Shown here piece after piece: positions 47,663 to 57,289 of a DNA stretch of 64,000 nt. The stretch's first letter is position 1; every line of letters begins with the position of its first letter. A program made the translations under genes and the position numbers. The notes beneath the pieces are model-generated. The model saw only the letters and a program-made list of their open reading frames with translations, did not search any database and was not told the DNA's origin. This stretch comes from an uncultured delta proteobacterium (GTDB lineage Bacteria > Myxococcota_A > Polyangia > Polyangiales > Polyangiaceae): contig CAVQUB010000008.1 in assembly GCA_963716725.1 (NCBI GenBank), positions 160,001 to 224,000 of the forward strand, written 5' to 3'.

Positions 47663-49213
47663 ATGACCGCCCACGAGCCCTTTCCATCGCTTCTGATTGG
47701 TCCCACGGGCATCGGCGCCCAGGGCAGCTTCGCCGAGGCCCAAGCGGCCTATCTGGATCCCGATCCCGCGGAGGTGGCCGAGCTTGGTCGCCTGCTGCGC
47801 GACAAGAACGCCGGGGTGGTCGCGCACTTCTATATGGATCCGGAGCTCCAAGGCGTGCTCGCAGCGACCGACTGGCCGCTGATCCACATCTCAGACTCCC
47901 TGGTGATGGCGGATCGCGCGGTCGAGATGGCCAAGGCGGGCGCCAAGGCCATTGTCGTGCTCGGCGTGGACTTCATGAGCGAGAACGTCCGCGCCATGCT
48001 CGACGCGGGCGGGTTCTCCGAGCTGCCGGTGTACCGCGTGGCCGACCAAGCCATCGGCTGTTCGTTGGCCGACAGCGCCGAGGCGCCCGCCTACGGCGCG
48101 TACCTGACCCTGGCCAGCAAGACACCGAAGTCGCTCCACGTCGTGTACATCAATACCAGCCTGCGCACGAAGGCCTACGCGCACTCGCTCGTGCCGACCA
48201 TCACCTGCACCTCGTCCAACGTCGTCCGGACTGTGCTCACCGCGTTTGCGCAGGTCCCGGGCCTTCACGTCTGGTTCGGTCCGGACACCTACATGGGTCA
48301 GAACCTGGCTCGGCTCTTCGCCTCACTGTGCGAGCTCAGCGACGACAAGATCCGCGCGCTTCACCCGGAACACGACCGCGCGAGCATCGCGGCGCTGCTG
48401 CCGCGCTTCCACTACTTCGAGCAGGGCAGCTGCATCGTGCACCACATGTTCGGCGCCGCCGTCGCCGAGCGCGTGCGCACCGAGTACCGAGATGCCTTCG
48501 TCACGGCGCACCTCGAGGTACCCGGTGAGATGTTCGGCGTGGCGCTCGAAGCCCAGCGACGTGACGCCGGAGTGGTTGGCTCGACCTCGGACATCTTGGG
48601 CTTCATTGGCCAGAAGGTCGACGCCGCCGCTGCCGGTGGAGCACCTGCCCATCTCCGCTTCGTGCTCGGCACCGAAGCCGGCATGATCACCAGCATCGTG
48701 CGCCGCGTGCGCCAGACGCTCCGCGAGCTCGAAGGCCGCGGCGGACCGAGCGTCGACGTCGAGATCGTCTTTCCGGTGGCCAGCGAAGCGGTGGCCCTGA
48801 CCGGCGAGGCGGAGCTCGCCATCGTTCCCGGAGTCGCCGGCGGGGAGGGCTGCAGCACCGAAGGCGGCTGCGCCACCTGCCCGTACATGAAGATGAACAG
48901 CCTCGACGCTCTGCTGAGCGTGCTTGGTCGCGTCGACGTCGGCGCGCGCGCGTTGCTCGCGGGCCACGAGCCCAAGCACTACGCGGACACCATCGCCGGC
49001 AAGACCATGGCCGAGCTGGGTGGGCAGCCCATTTTGCACATGCGCGGCCTTGGAAAGCTGGGGCGCCTGCCAGATGCCCTGGTCGCCGACGTGCTCTCCC
49101 GGACGCCTGAAATCGCCCGTGTGACCGCCGCGCTGGGTCTCTTGCCCACATCAACCCCGCCGGTGCTCCCCGGTGCGCGGGAGTGCTCTCCAGTCGGGAC
49201 GCCACGCACTTAA
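47663..49213 (+). CDS. nadA: Quinolinate synthase
   Basis: AHFYMD, SDS, GVDFMSE, GCSLA, YINT, CTSSN, GPD, C.VH and CPYMKMN motifs. Confidence 0.92.
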   Translation: MTAHEPFPSLLIGPTGIGAQGSFAEAQAAYLDPDPAEVAELGRLLRDKNAGVVAHFYMDPELQGVLAATDWPLIHISDSLVMADRAVEMAKAGAKAIVVLGVDFMSENVRAMLDAGGFSELPVYRVADQAIGCSLADSAEAPAYGAYLTLASKTPKSLHVVYINTSLRTKAYAHSLVPTITCTSSNVVRTVLTAFAQVPGLHVWFGPDTYMGQNLARLFASLCELSDDKIRALHPEHDRASIAALLPRFHYFEQGSCIVHHMFGAAVAERVRTEYRDAFVTAHLEVPGEMFGVALEAQRRDAGVVGSTSDILGFIGQKVDAAAAGGAPAHLRFVLGTEAGMITSIVRRVRQTLRELEGRGGPSVDVEIVFPVASEAVALTGEAELAIVPGVAGGEGCSTEGGCATCPYMKMNSLDALLSVLGRVDVGARALLAGHEPKHYADTIAGKTMAELGGQPILHMRGLGKLGRLPDALVADVLSRTPEIARVTAALGLLPTSTPPVLPGARECSPVGTPRT

Positions 49214-49278
49214 TTGACCGTGGCTTTGTCCGAGAAGCTTGCCGGGAGGTTTGCGTCCGGGCATTCTGTTTTCTAGAA

Positions 49279-49680
49279 GTGGCCAATTTTCGCCTAGCCG
49301 TCGGATTCCTGATCCTCGCCGTGAGTTCTCCAGCTCTCGCGGAGGAGACCCAGCACCGCTTCCAGGCGCCGTCCACCGAACTGCCGCAGAGCCTGCGACT
49401 GCCCGCCAGCGTGCTGGCCGAGGTCGGCGCCGGCAGGGACCAGGGGCCGCCCCGCAAAAAGCCCAAGCGCACGCGGCCGGACTGCAACCAGAACGGCTGC
49501 GGGTACAAAGCGTTGCTTGGTGGCATCACCATCGCCAAGGACATCCAGGCGAGCGAGGACGTGTCCGTGAGGGTGATCCCGACCAACGACTCCCTCGGCG
49601 GGGCCGAGGCGAGCACGCGGATCCTGGTGCGTGCCCGCGTCGACGGCCAGTACGGCCTGCACCTGCGCGCTAAGTTCTGA
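49279..49680 (+). CDS. Hypothetical secreted protein
   Basis: Signal peptide (SPALA); C-terminal YGLHLRAKF. Confidence 0.6.
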   Translation: MANFRLAVGFLILAVSSPALAEETQHRFQAPSTELPQSLRLPASVLAEVGAGRDQGPPRKKPKRTRPDCNQNGCGYKALLGGITIAKDIQASEDVSVRVIPTNDSLGGAEASTRILVRARVDGQYGLHLRAKF

Positions 49681-49790
49681 AGAAAAGTTTCGCCCGCTGC
49701 CTAACGCGGCAGAAAGCCGCGAATCAGCATCCCATCCCCAACCTCCCCGAAGCTGGCTCCGTGGTAGGTCGGCGGGCGTCTGCGCATGGT

Positions 49791-51393
49791 TCAGCCGCCG
49801 CCGGGAGCACGTAGGAAAGGCGCGTACAGCGCGTCGGTCACGGCATGCACGCGGGCTTCGTCGCGCACCGAGCGAGCAAGCTCGTCGAGGTGCTGCTCGG
49901 TCTCGATCAACAGATCCTCGGCGGCGTGTCGAGCCAGGCCGATCTCGTCGGGTCGCGCTTGGGCTCGCAACAGACAACCGAGCGCGGCGGTGAGCGCCAC
50001 GTTGGCCCGCGCTACCGCTTGCAGCACGAGCTGGCGGCGAACCACGCTGACGCCGTGCTCGGCGCGGACGCTGAGCGTCGCGTCTTTGAAGCGAGCGCGG
50101 AGTGCGTTCCACGTTTTCGCCTCGTGCTCGAGGGGGCCGGGCAGCGAGAGCACCAGGTCGGCCGGCGAGGGTTTCCTGCCCAGCACCGCCGCGCCGCCCC
50201 GGACCAACAGCACGTCGTTGGCTCCCTCGAAGATGCGCGTGATGCGGCAGTCCCGCGCCAGCCGCGCGACGCCCGTGGGCTCGATGAAACCGAGCGCGCC
50301 GTGGAGCTGGATGGAACGGTCGCAGAATCTCGAAGCTCGCCTCGGAGCACAGCACCTTCGCCGCCAGCGACAGCTCGTCGATGACCTGGCCCGCCGCCAG
50401 TGCGTGGCCGACCCAACGCACCAGCGTCTCGCTGGCGTAGAGCCGACTGGCCATGCGAGCCACGTGGGCTCGCGAAGCGGTGAATTCACCGATGGGTCGA
50501 TTGAACTGCTGGCGCGAGGTCACGTGCGAAAGAGCGAGACCCAGCGCGGCGCGAGAAATGCCAACGCAGCCTGCCGCCATCAGCGTGCGACCCCAGGACA
50601 GCGCGGCGTGCGCCTGATCGATGCCTCGGCCGGCCTCGCCGAGGATCATCGAGCGCGGGACGGTGGCTCCGTCGAAGGTCACGGTGACGGTGGACGAACC
50701 GCGGATGCCGAGCTTGTCTTCCTCGGGACCCACGGCCACCCCCGCCGTCTCGCGGGGCACGAGAACCAGGGAGTGGGCCCGCACTCCGCCGAGCCCCGGC
50801 GTGCGTGCGAGTACCGTGTAGCAGCCGGCGAAACCGCCGTTGGTCACGTAGACCTTTTCGCCGTCGAGGCGGATGCCGTCGTCGACGAGCGATCCCGTGG
50901 TGCGAATGCCAGTCAGATCGGAGCCCGCCTCGGCCTCGGTGGCGGCGAACGCCGCGATGCGCGCGCCGCTGACGATCTCGGGGAACATGGAGCTTTGCAG
51001 CTCGGCGTTGCCGAGTTCGACCAGGGGACGCACCCCGAGCCCCGAGTGGAGCCCAATCATGATGGCGGTCGAACGTTCGATGGCCGCGAGATCTGCCACC
51101 ACGGCGCAGGCCGCCTTGAGGGAGAAGCCGGCTCCGCCGTGCTGCTCGGGCACGGTCAGCCCAAACAGGCCGGCGTCGGCCACGGCCTGGCGGAGCGCGA
51201 CCGGGATCTCGCCTTCGCGATCGATGCGAGCAGCGTCCGCGAGGCTCGCGACCAGCCGAACACTCTCGGAGCGCACCAGCGGCAGCGCTTCGGCTTCGGC
51301 AGCCGTCGCGTGCGCCACCGACAGCCCTTGGCCCAGGACGTCAGCCTGGGCGAGTCCGACGGCGATGGGCTCAGGAGGCAGCGCTGTCGCCAC
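49791..51393 (-). CDS. Acyl-CoA/acyl-ACP dehydrogenase (frameshift near 50326)
   Basis: ATEAEAGSD, DGEKVYVTNG, KLGIRGS, RQQF and QLHGALG..RIFEGANDV across two frames. Confidence 0.88.
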
Positions 51394-51646
51394 GCTGCTC
51401 CAGGGTGACCCGGTTCACGAAGGCACAGGCGTCGTCGACGGTGGCAAGCTCCATGGCCTCGTCCAGCTCGATATCGACGTCCAGCTCGTCGCTGATGCAC
51501 GAGAGCAGCTCGAGACTCGCGAGGGAGTCCATGCCGAGGTCTTCGCGCAGCCGATCGCTGCCCTTGATCTTGTCGGCGTCGAGCTTCAGAATTTTTGCGA
51601 CCATTGCGATCACACGATCGCGGCTCAGTGCGTCAGGCGTGCTCAT
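51371..51646 (-). CDS. Acyl carrier protein
   Basis: DLGMDSL phosphopantetheine site; acidic, 91 aa. Confidence 0.93.
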   Translation of the reverse strand: MSTPDALSRDRVIAMVAKILKLDADKIKGSDRLREDLGMDSLASLELLSCISDELDVDIELDEAMELATVDDACAFVNRVTLEQRGDSAAS

Positions 51647-52649
51647 GATTACTCCGTGATTGTAGCGGCGGGACTAGCTTGAGCCGCGAAAACCAAGCGT
51701 GCGCGCGGTCCAAGGCGTCGTCCAGCGGTGTGAAGGCAATGCCGAGATCTCGCTCGGCGCAGGCGTTTGATACGGCTTGCCCGCTGGTGATCAGGTCGAC
51801 CATCTCGCGCGGCACGGCGACGCGCTCGCGCTTGGGCGCGGCGGCGCGCTCGTCGGCCTCGGCGCGGTTCCGCGCTTCTTCGGCCTCGAGCTCGAGGGTC
51901 GGCACCTGTCCGCCGAAGCGGCTGGCCACGCGCTCGAGCAGCGTGCGGATCTGGATGTCGTGGCCGCCCAGGCAGTAGCGCGAGCGCGGCTGGGCGCGCG
52001 CAGCGCGAACGTGCGCCAAGGCGACGTCCCCGACATCGACGATGTTCACGGTGCCGTTCACCATCCACGGCAGCGCGCCGCGCACGACGCCGACGATGAA
52101 GGCGCCGCTGCCCACGCGGACGTCGTTGGGCCCGATGCAGCCGCCGGGCAACAGGGAGACCACCGGAAGTCCGCGATCGCACGCGGCCTCCACTTCTTGT
52201 TCCATGGCCCACTTCACGGCGCGGTACACGCTGCCTTCGGGCATGCTTGGCATCACGTCGCGCTCGTCTGCAACGCGACCCGCGGGCGCCGCTCCGAGCG
52301 TCGCGATGGTCGAGGTGTAGACGAAGCGCTCGACGCCGGCGGCCAGAGCCGCGTCGCAGGCGTTCTTCACCCCGGGCACGCCCTGGGCGATGGCGTCCGC
52401 GAGGTCGAGGGAGTAGCGCGGGTAGTATGCGCCGGTCAAAAACACCGTGTCGCAGCCGTCCATGGCGCGACGCAGCGCCTCGGGCTCTTCGAGCGACGCC
52501 GGTGCCCGCTCCACCTTGCGCTTTCGCAGCAGCAGAGTCGCGCTGCCCGGTCGCGTGGTCACGCGCACCTGCACGCCCTCCGCCAGGAGCGCGTCCACCA
52601 CGTTCACTCCGATGAACCCGGTAGCTCCGATGACCAGCGCCCGCTTCAC
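51633..52649 (-). CDS. Extended SDR / NAD-dependent epimerase-dehydratase (HpnA/DFR-like)
   Basis: GATGFIG, YTST, YRAVK (YxxxK) and VDVGDVA motifs. Confidence 0.88.
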   Translation of the reverse strand: MKRALVIGATGFIGVNVVDALLAEGVQVRVTTRPGSATLLLRKRKVERAPASLEEPEALRRAMDGCDTVFLTGAYYPRYSLDLADAIAQGVPGVKNACDAALAAGVERFVYTSTIATLGAAPAGRVADERDVMPSMPEGSVYRAVKWAMEQEVEAACDRGLPVVSLLPGGCIGPNDVRVGSGAFIVGVVRGALPWMVNGTVNIVDVGDVALAHVRAARAQPRSRYCLGGHDIQIRTLLERVASRFGGQVPTLELEAEEARNRAEADERAAAPKRERVAVPREMVDLITSGQAVSNACAERDLGIAFTPLDDALDRAHAWFSRLKLVPPLQSRSNHEHA

Positions 52650-54355
52650 GTCGTGCCAGCCTCTGTCACCAGGCGAGCGCACTCCTTGCGGCGGATCTTG
52701 CCGCTCGACGTGCGCGGCACGCTGCCCACTGGCCAGAGACGGACGTCGTCGATGCCGACGCCCAGCACCGCGAGCACTTCGCCGCGGATCGCTTTCGTGA
52801 GCGCTTCGCGCCCGGAGGGATCCGTCTCGCTGGTCTCGGCGACGACCACCAGATCGTCGGTGCCCGTGCCTTCGTTCTCACGTCCAAACGCGGCGACGCC
52901 GCCCAGGCGAATGCCTGCCAGCTCACCCACCACGCGTTCGACGTCGTAGGGGTACAGGTTGCGCCCGGCCTTGATCACCATTTCTTTGGCGCGACCGGCG
53001 ATGAAGAGCTCGCCGTCGGCGATGAAGCCGAGGTCTCCGGTCGAAAGCCAACCGTCGCGCAGCACGGCCGCGCTCGCCTCGTCGTTGCGGAAGTAGCCGT
53101 CCATGATCGACGGACCTGCCACGCGCACTTCGCCCACCACGCCCGCCGCGACGGGCTTGCCCGAGTCGTCGACGATGCACACGCGCGTGCCTGCCAGCGG
53201 TATGCCGACGGACACGGCGAGGCGCGCGGCGCTCGCGGTCGAGCGCGTCGCGCGACTCTGTTCCTCGAGCGCCTTGCGGTCCACGGCGAGCGTCACCGGA
53301 CCCCGCCCGACCGGCGAGAAGGTGACCGCCAGAGTCGCCTCGGCCATGCCGTAGACGGGCATCATCGAGCCCGGCTGGAAGCCGGCGGGGCCGAATTTCT
53401 CGTTGAAACGCCCGAGAGTCGCCGCGTGCACGGGTTCGGATCCGTTGATTGCGACCCGCCAGCGGTCGAGCTTCAGCTCCGCGATCTCGGCGATGCGCGA
53501 GGTGCACAGGTCGTAGGCGAAGTTGGGCGCGGGTGAGAGCGTCCCGCCCACCTCACTCATCAACTTGAGCCAGCCCAGCGGCTTCACGATGAAGCGTTCG
53601 GGGGGCATCACGTGCAGCGCGCCTGGGTGACAAATCGAACGTAGGAGCGCGCCGATCAGCCCCATGTCGTGGAAGAGCGGCAACCAGCTCACGCTGACGT
53701 CCTCGGAGGTCTGCCGCATGCCGCGCGCGATGCCGTAGGTGTTCGACACCACCGCGCGGTGCGAGATCATCACGCCCTTGGGTTTGCCCGTCGTGCCCGA
53801 GGTGTATTGGAGGAACGCGATGTCCGAGCCGGAAACGGACGCAGTCCGTGGATCGATGGGAGCGATGCCGTCGAGGTCGGCCTCCGTGATCACGTTGCCG
53901 AGCAGCGCGCGCAAAGCGTCGTCACCCGCCACTGCTTCCTTGATGCGCGGATAGGTGACGAGCCACTCGGCGCCGGCGTCTTGCAGGATGACGGTCAGGT
54001 TCTTCAGGTATCGCTCGACGCCTCCGAAGGTCATCGGCGACGCCAGCGGCACTGGGATTGCCCCGGCCATCATCGAGCCGAGCAGCGCTTCGACGAACAG
54101 GGCCGAGGTCGGCAACAGTAGCGCGACTCGATCGCCGCGCGCGATCCCGCGGTTGCGCAGGGCCGCCGCCACGCGCCACGCGCCTTCGCGCGCCTGACGA
54201 TACGAAATTTCGGTGCGCAGTCGGCCCTGGTGCAGGGTCAAGAACGGAGCCCCGCTCGCCACGGCGGCGTCGAGCGCGCCGAGCAACGTGTCCTCCGGCG
54301 GGCAGTTGGGATCCGCGCTCTCGAGCAGCGACGGCCCAGAGTCCGTTTCAGCCAT
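52646..54355 (-). CDS. Fatty acyl-AMP ligase
   Basis: YTSGTTGKPKG, SWLPLFHDMGLIG, PNFAY, YGMAEATL, TGDLG and PRTSSGKIRR motifs. Confidence 0.92.
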   Translation of the reverse strand: MAETDSGPSLLESADPNCPPEDTLLGALDAAVASGAPFLTLHQGRLRTEISYRQAREGAWRVAAALRNRGIARGDRVALLLPTSALFVEALLGSMMAGAIPVPLASPMTFGGVERYLKNLTVILQDAGAEWLVTYPRIKEAVAGDDALRALLGNVITEADLDGIAPIDPRTASVSGSDIAFLQYTSGTTGKPKGVMISHRAVVSNTYGIARGMRQTSEDVSVSWLPLFHDMGLIGALLRSICHPGALHVMPPERFIVKPLGWLKLMSEVGGTLSPAPNFAYDLCTSRIAEIAELKLDRWRVAINGSEPVHAATLGRFNEKFGPAGFQPGSMMPVYGMAEATLAVTFSPVGRGPVTLAVDRKALEEQSRATRSTASAARLAVSVGIPLAGTRVCIVDDSGKPVAAGVVGEVRVAGPSIMDGYFRNDEASAAVLRDGWLSTGDLGFIADGELFIAGRAKEMVIKAGRNLYPYDVERVVGELAGIRLGGVAAFGRENEGTGTDDLVVVAETSETDPSGREALTKAIRGEVLAVLGVGIDDVRLWPVGSVPRTSSGKIRRKECARLVTEAGTT

Positions 54356-54398
54356 TTTGGGGCGCCATACCCCGGTGCTCGGCCCAAGACCACTGAAA

Positions 54399-54416
54399 AG
54401 CACCCGATCCGGTGCT
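54399..54416. promoter_or_regulatory. Palindromic operator-like site AGCACCcGATCcGGTGCT
   Basis: 16/18 inverted repeat 44 nt upstream of the FAAL start; extra half-site CCGGTGCT at 54372-54379. Confidence 0.4.
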
Positions 54417-54486
54417 AGCGGCGGGGGAGCGAGCGGGAGTGTCCTGGGACGAGGGTTCGCCGGGGCAGGTGGCTCGGCGGCGCCGC

Positions 54487-54760
54487 TCAGCGCTGCGAGG
54501 CGAGCAGTGCGCAGAATGCCAAGAGCGCGTCGCGTCCGCGCGGTAGCTCGTCGTCCAGACGGCCGAGATCCAAGCTGCCGTAGGCGTGCGCGATCAAGTT
54601 GCCGAGCCGAAGAGCACCAGCAACTCGAGCGCGGGCCAGTCGCGCGCTGCCGCAGCGAGTGCGGCCTCGATCTCGTCGGAAAGGCCCCGTCAAGAATCCA
54701 CGAGCAGCAGCCTAGCAGATCGCATCGGTCCTCCCAGGCCGGCAGCGCCGGTGACGTGTT
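54487..54760 (-). pseudogene. Remnant of a HepT/DUF86 HEPN ribonuclease toxin
   Basis: GNLIAHAYGSLDLGRL resembles RN.I.H.Y..ID; upstream fragments (GLSDEIEAALAAAA) lie in another frame; no start. Confidence 0.55.
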
Positions 54761-54785
54761 CTGGTGTTTGCGCTAGAAGTCACCG

Positions 54786-56015
54786 ATGTTTCGCGTCGCC
54801 GTCACCGGTATCGGCTTGCTCAGCCCCCTGGGGTTGGACGTTCCTTCCTTCTGGAACGGGCTGTGCGCGGGCCGCTCGGGGGTGGATTTCATCACCGAGT
54901 TTTCGACGGAGAAGCTGCGCACCGACATCGCGGCCAACGTCCGCGGCTTCGATCCCAAGAGCGTGCTCGAAACCCGCGAGATCGACTACACGGGTCGCGT
55001 CGTGCAGCTCGGACTCGCGGCGTCGCTCCAAGCAGTCCGTGAGGCGCGACTCGAAGACGTCGATCGCACCCGGGTGGGTGTCCTGGTGTCCTCCGGGCAA
55101 GGCTCGGTCGAGATCTTCGTGGATCAGGTGCAGCGCGCGGCGGCCCGGGGACCCCGGGCGGTCTCGCCTTATTTCATCCCCTCTGCGATGCCCAATGCGC
55201 TCTCCGGGCTCATCGCCACCAAGCTCGGATTGCGCGGACCCAGCTTCAACATCGCGAGCGCTTGCGCGACGTCGACGCACTCCCTGGCAATTGGCGCGCT
55301 GCTGATCCTCAGCGGAGACGCGGATGTGGTCATCGCGGGCGGTGGCGAAGCCGCCACGTGCCCGGCAACCATCGCGGGATTCGGCAACGCCCGTGCGCTC
55401 GCCAAGGCGTATCAGGGGGACCCCACTCGGGCCTCGCGTCCCTACGACAAGCACCGCAACGGCTTCGTGATTGGAGAGGGCGCCGGGGCCATCGTGCTCG
55501 AGAGCGAAGCTCACGCCAAGGCTCGCGGCGCGCGTCCCCTCGCGTGGCTCACCGGATGGGGCATGTCCAGCGACGCGGAGCACGTCACCCGACCTCACCC
55601 CGAAGGTCTGGGGCTCGAGCTTGCCATCGGGGCAGCGCTGCGTCGAGCTTCCATCAGGCCGGATCAGGTCGGATACATCAACCCGCACGCGACCTCGACT
55701 CCGGCGGGTGACGTCGCCGAGTACAAGGCCCTGCGCTCGGTGTTCGGGGACGGGCTGCGAAGCGTGCCGATCTCGGCCACCAAGAGCATGATCGGTCATC
55801 TCTTGGGTGGGGCCGGTGCAGCGGAGGCCGCCGCGTGCGTGTGTTCGCTGCGCGATCAGCGCCTGCACCCGTCCATCAACGTCGACGAGCTCGATCCCGT
55901 TTTTGAACTGGATCTGGTCCGCGAGGCGAGGGCGTGCGACCTGCGCTACGTGCTGAAGACCAGCGCGGGCTTCGGTGGACACAACTGCGCGTTGGTGTTC
56001 GAGCGCGCCGGGTGA
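54786..56015 (+). CDS. fabF: Beta-ketoacyl-ACP synthase II
   Basis: SACAT, NPHATST, KSMIGHLLG and GFGGHN (Cys-His-His triad). Confidence 0.92.
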   Translation: MFRVAVTGIGLLSPLGLDVPSFWNGLCAGRSGVDFITEFSTEKLRTDIAANVRGFDPKSVLETREIDYTGRVVQLGLAASLQAVREARLEDVDRTRVGVLVSSGQGSVEIFVDQVQRAAARGPRAVSPYFIPSAMPNALSGLIATKLGLRGPSFNIASACATSTHSLAIGALLILSGDADVVIAGGGEAATCPATIAGFGNARALAKAYQGDPTRASRPYDKHRNGFVIGEGAGAIVLESEAHAKARGARPLAWLTGWGMSSDAEHVTRPHPEGLGLELAIGAALRRASIRPDQVGYINPHATSTPAGDVAEYKALRSVFGDGLRSVPISATKSMIGHLLGGAGAAEAAACVCSLRDQRLHPSINVDELDPVFELDLVREARACDLRYVLKTSAGFGGHNCALVFERAG

Positions 56016-56028
56016 GGCTCGAGCGCGC

Positions 56029-56370
56029 TCAGCCCACCACGCGCCAGATCATCAGCGCTATCCAGCCCAGGGCCAGCGCGAGCGCGACCACCGATTGGGC
56101 TGGTGCCCGACGGACACCGCCGACCGCGGGTACCACGCTCGACAACGCGAGCAAGCCCGAGACTCCCAGGGCCGCACGCCGGAGGGTCGAGCGCCAGGAC
56201 TCGGCGCGCGCAAACTCGTCACCGAGCTCGAGCCGAAACGCGACCACCAGACCGACCAGCGCCCAGGCCACGAGCACCAGCACGAGCGCCGTCCGGCTCG
56301 CCCGCTTCGGCGGAGGCATCATGGTCAGCGGAACCGACCGCGGCGCGATGGAGGCAGGGAAGTCCAGCAT
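56029..56370 (-). CDS. Small 3-TM membrane protein
   Basis: Three hydrophobic segments; start uncertain. Confidence 0.55.
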   Translation of the reverse strand: MLDFPASIAPRSVPLTMMPPPKRASRTALVLVLVAWALVGLVVAFRLELGDEFARAESWRSTLRRAALGVSGLLALSSVVPAVGGVRRAPAQSVVALALALGWIALMIWRVVG

Positions 56371-56424
56371 GTCGCCAGTGGACTACGGCCGGCGCAGCCA
56401 ATGCTTTAGCCCCGGCTGGGATCC

Positions 56425-57174
56425 CTACTGAAATGCGAGGGAAACCATCGACGTTCCCGGCATCTCGAAGCTCATTTTGGTAGTCAGAGCTGGGCCCTCC
56501 GCGCTGCCGCCGTTGGGGATCTGACAAGAGCCATTTGCGTCGGGCTGGCAGCCGCAAACGCCCACGTCCAGGCAGCTGATCGTGGTGCCCGCCTGCACCA
56601 TCACGCCGTACGAACCCCCGGGCGCGACGATTCTACGGTCGCAGGTTCCTTGCGCGAATTCGGGCTCGAAGTAGCACTGCTCCGGCATCTGTGCGTCCTC
56701 GAAGGTCGTGCCCGACCAGGTCTCCTCGTAGTATCCGCCGGGGATGATCATCACCAGCGGAGGGATCATGCAGGCGCCCGCGCAGTAGTTGCCGTGGGTC
56801 TGCAGGGCCTGACAGGTGTGTCCGCACGGACCGGCTTGCGCGGGTACCAGACCCTGCGGCCCGCTGAGATCGTAGAGCGGACCGGAATCGCAGCCATTGC
56901 CGCCGCCCAGGTAGATCGGCACCGAAGTCAGGTTCGTGTATCGGAACGTGACCGCGCCGGGCGACTTCTCGTCGGCAAACTGATCGCAGGACGAGCCCCC
57001 CGATCCGCCCGTCGATCCGCCCGCACCGGAGGATCCGCCCATCGATCCGCCCGACCCACCGGAGGATCCGCCCGATCCGCTCGTGCCGCCGGTGGACGAC
57101 TCCTGGCTGGTGGAACCGCCGCACGCGAAGGTGCTTGCGGCCAAGAGGAGCGAGATCAGAATGCGGGTCGACAT
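56425..57174 (-). CDS. Cys-rich lipoprotein with Gly/Ser linker
   Basis: Lipobox TFAC; GGSGGS linker; multiple Cys. Confidence 0.75.
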   Translation of the reverse strand: MSTRILISLLLAASTFACGGSTSQESSTGGTSGSGGSSGGSGGSMGGSSGAGGSTGGSGGSSCDQFADEKSPGAVTFRYTNLTSVPIYLGGGNGCDSGPLYDLSGPQGLVPAQAGPCGHTCQALQTHGNYCAGACMIPPLVMIIPGGYYEETWSGTTFEDAQMPEQCYFEPEFAQGTCDRRIVAPGGSYGVMVQAGTTISCLDVGVCGCQPDANGSCQIPNGGSAEGPALTTKMSFEMPGTSMVSLAFQ

Positions 57175-57186
57175 GACGACGACATG

Positions 57187-57202
57187 AGCAACGCCCGTGC
57201 CG
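57187..57202 (-). promoter_or_regulatory. Putative sigma54 promoter CGGCACGGGCGTTGCT
   Basis: GG-N10-GC with GGCACG and TTGC conserved; predicted +1 near 57176. Confidence 0.6.
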
Positions 57203-57289
57203 GCGTTGATCGACGCTCCGGCCGAGGAATTCGCCCGCAATGTGCCACGGGCGTGCCACCCGGAAGGGCCCGGGTGTCAGGGCATCGGG

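Noticed and set aside
49105..49213. NadA C-terminal extension as a functional domain
   Set aside because: Poor codon bias after DVLSR and a nearby out-of-frame TGA suggest read-through from an indel; cannot be confirmed
49700..49788. Minus-strand mini-ORF MRRRPPTYHGASFGEVGDGMLIRGFLPR after the dehydrogenase
   Set aside because: Too short, no RBS or homology recognised
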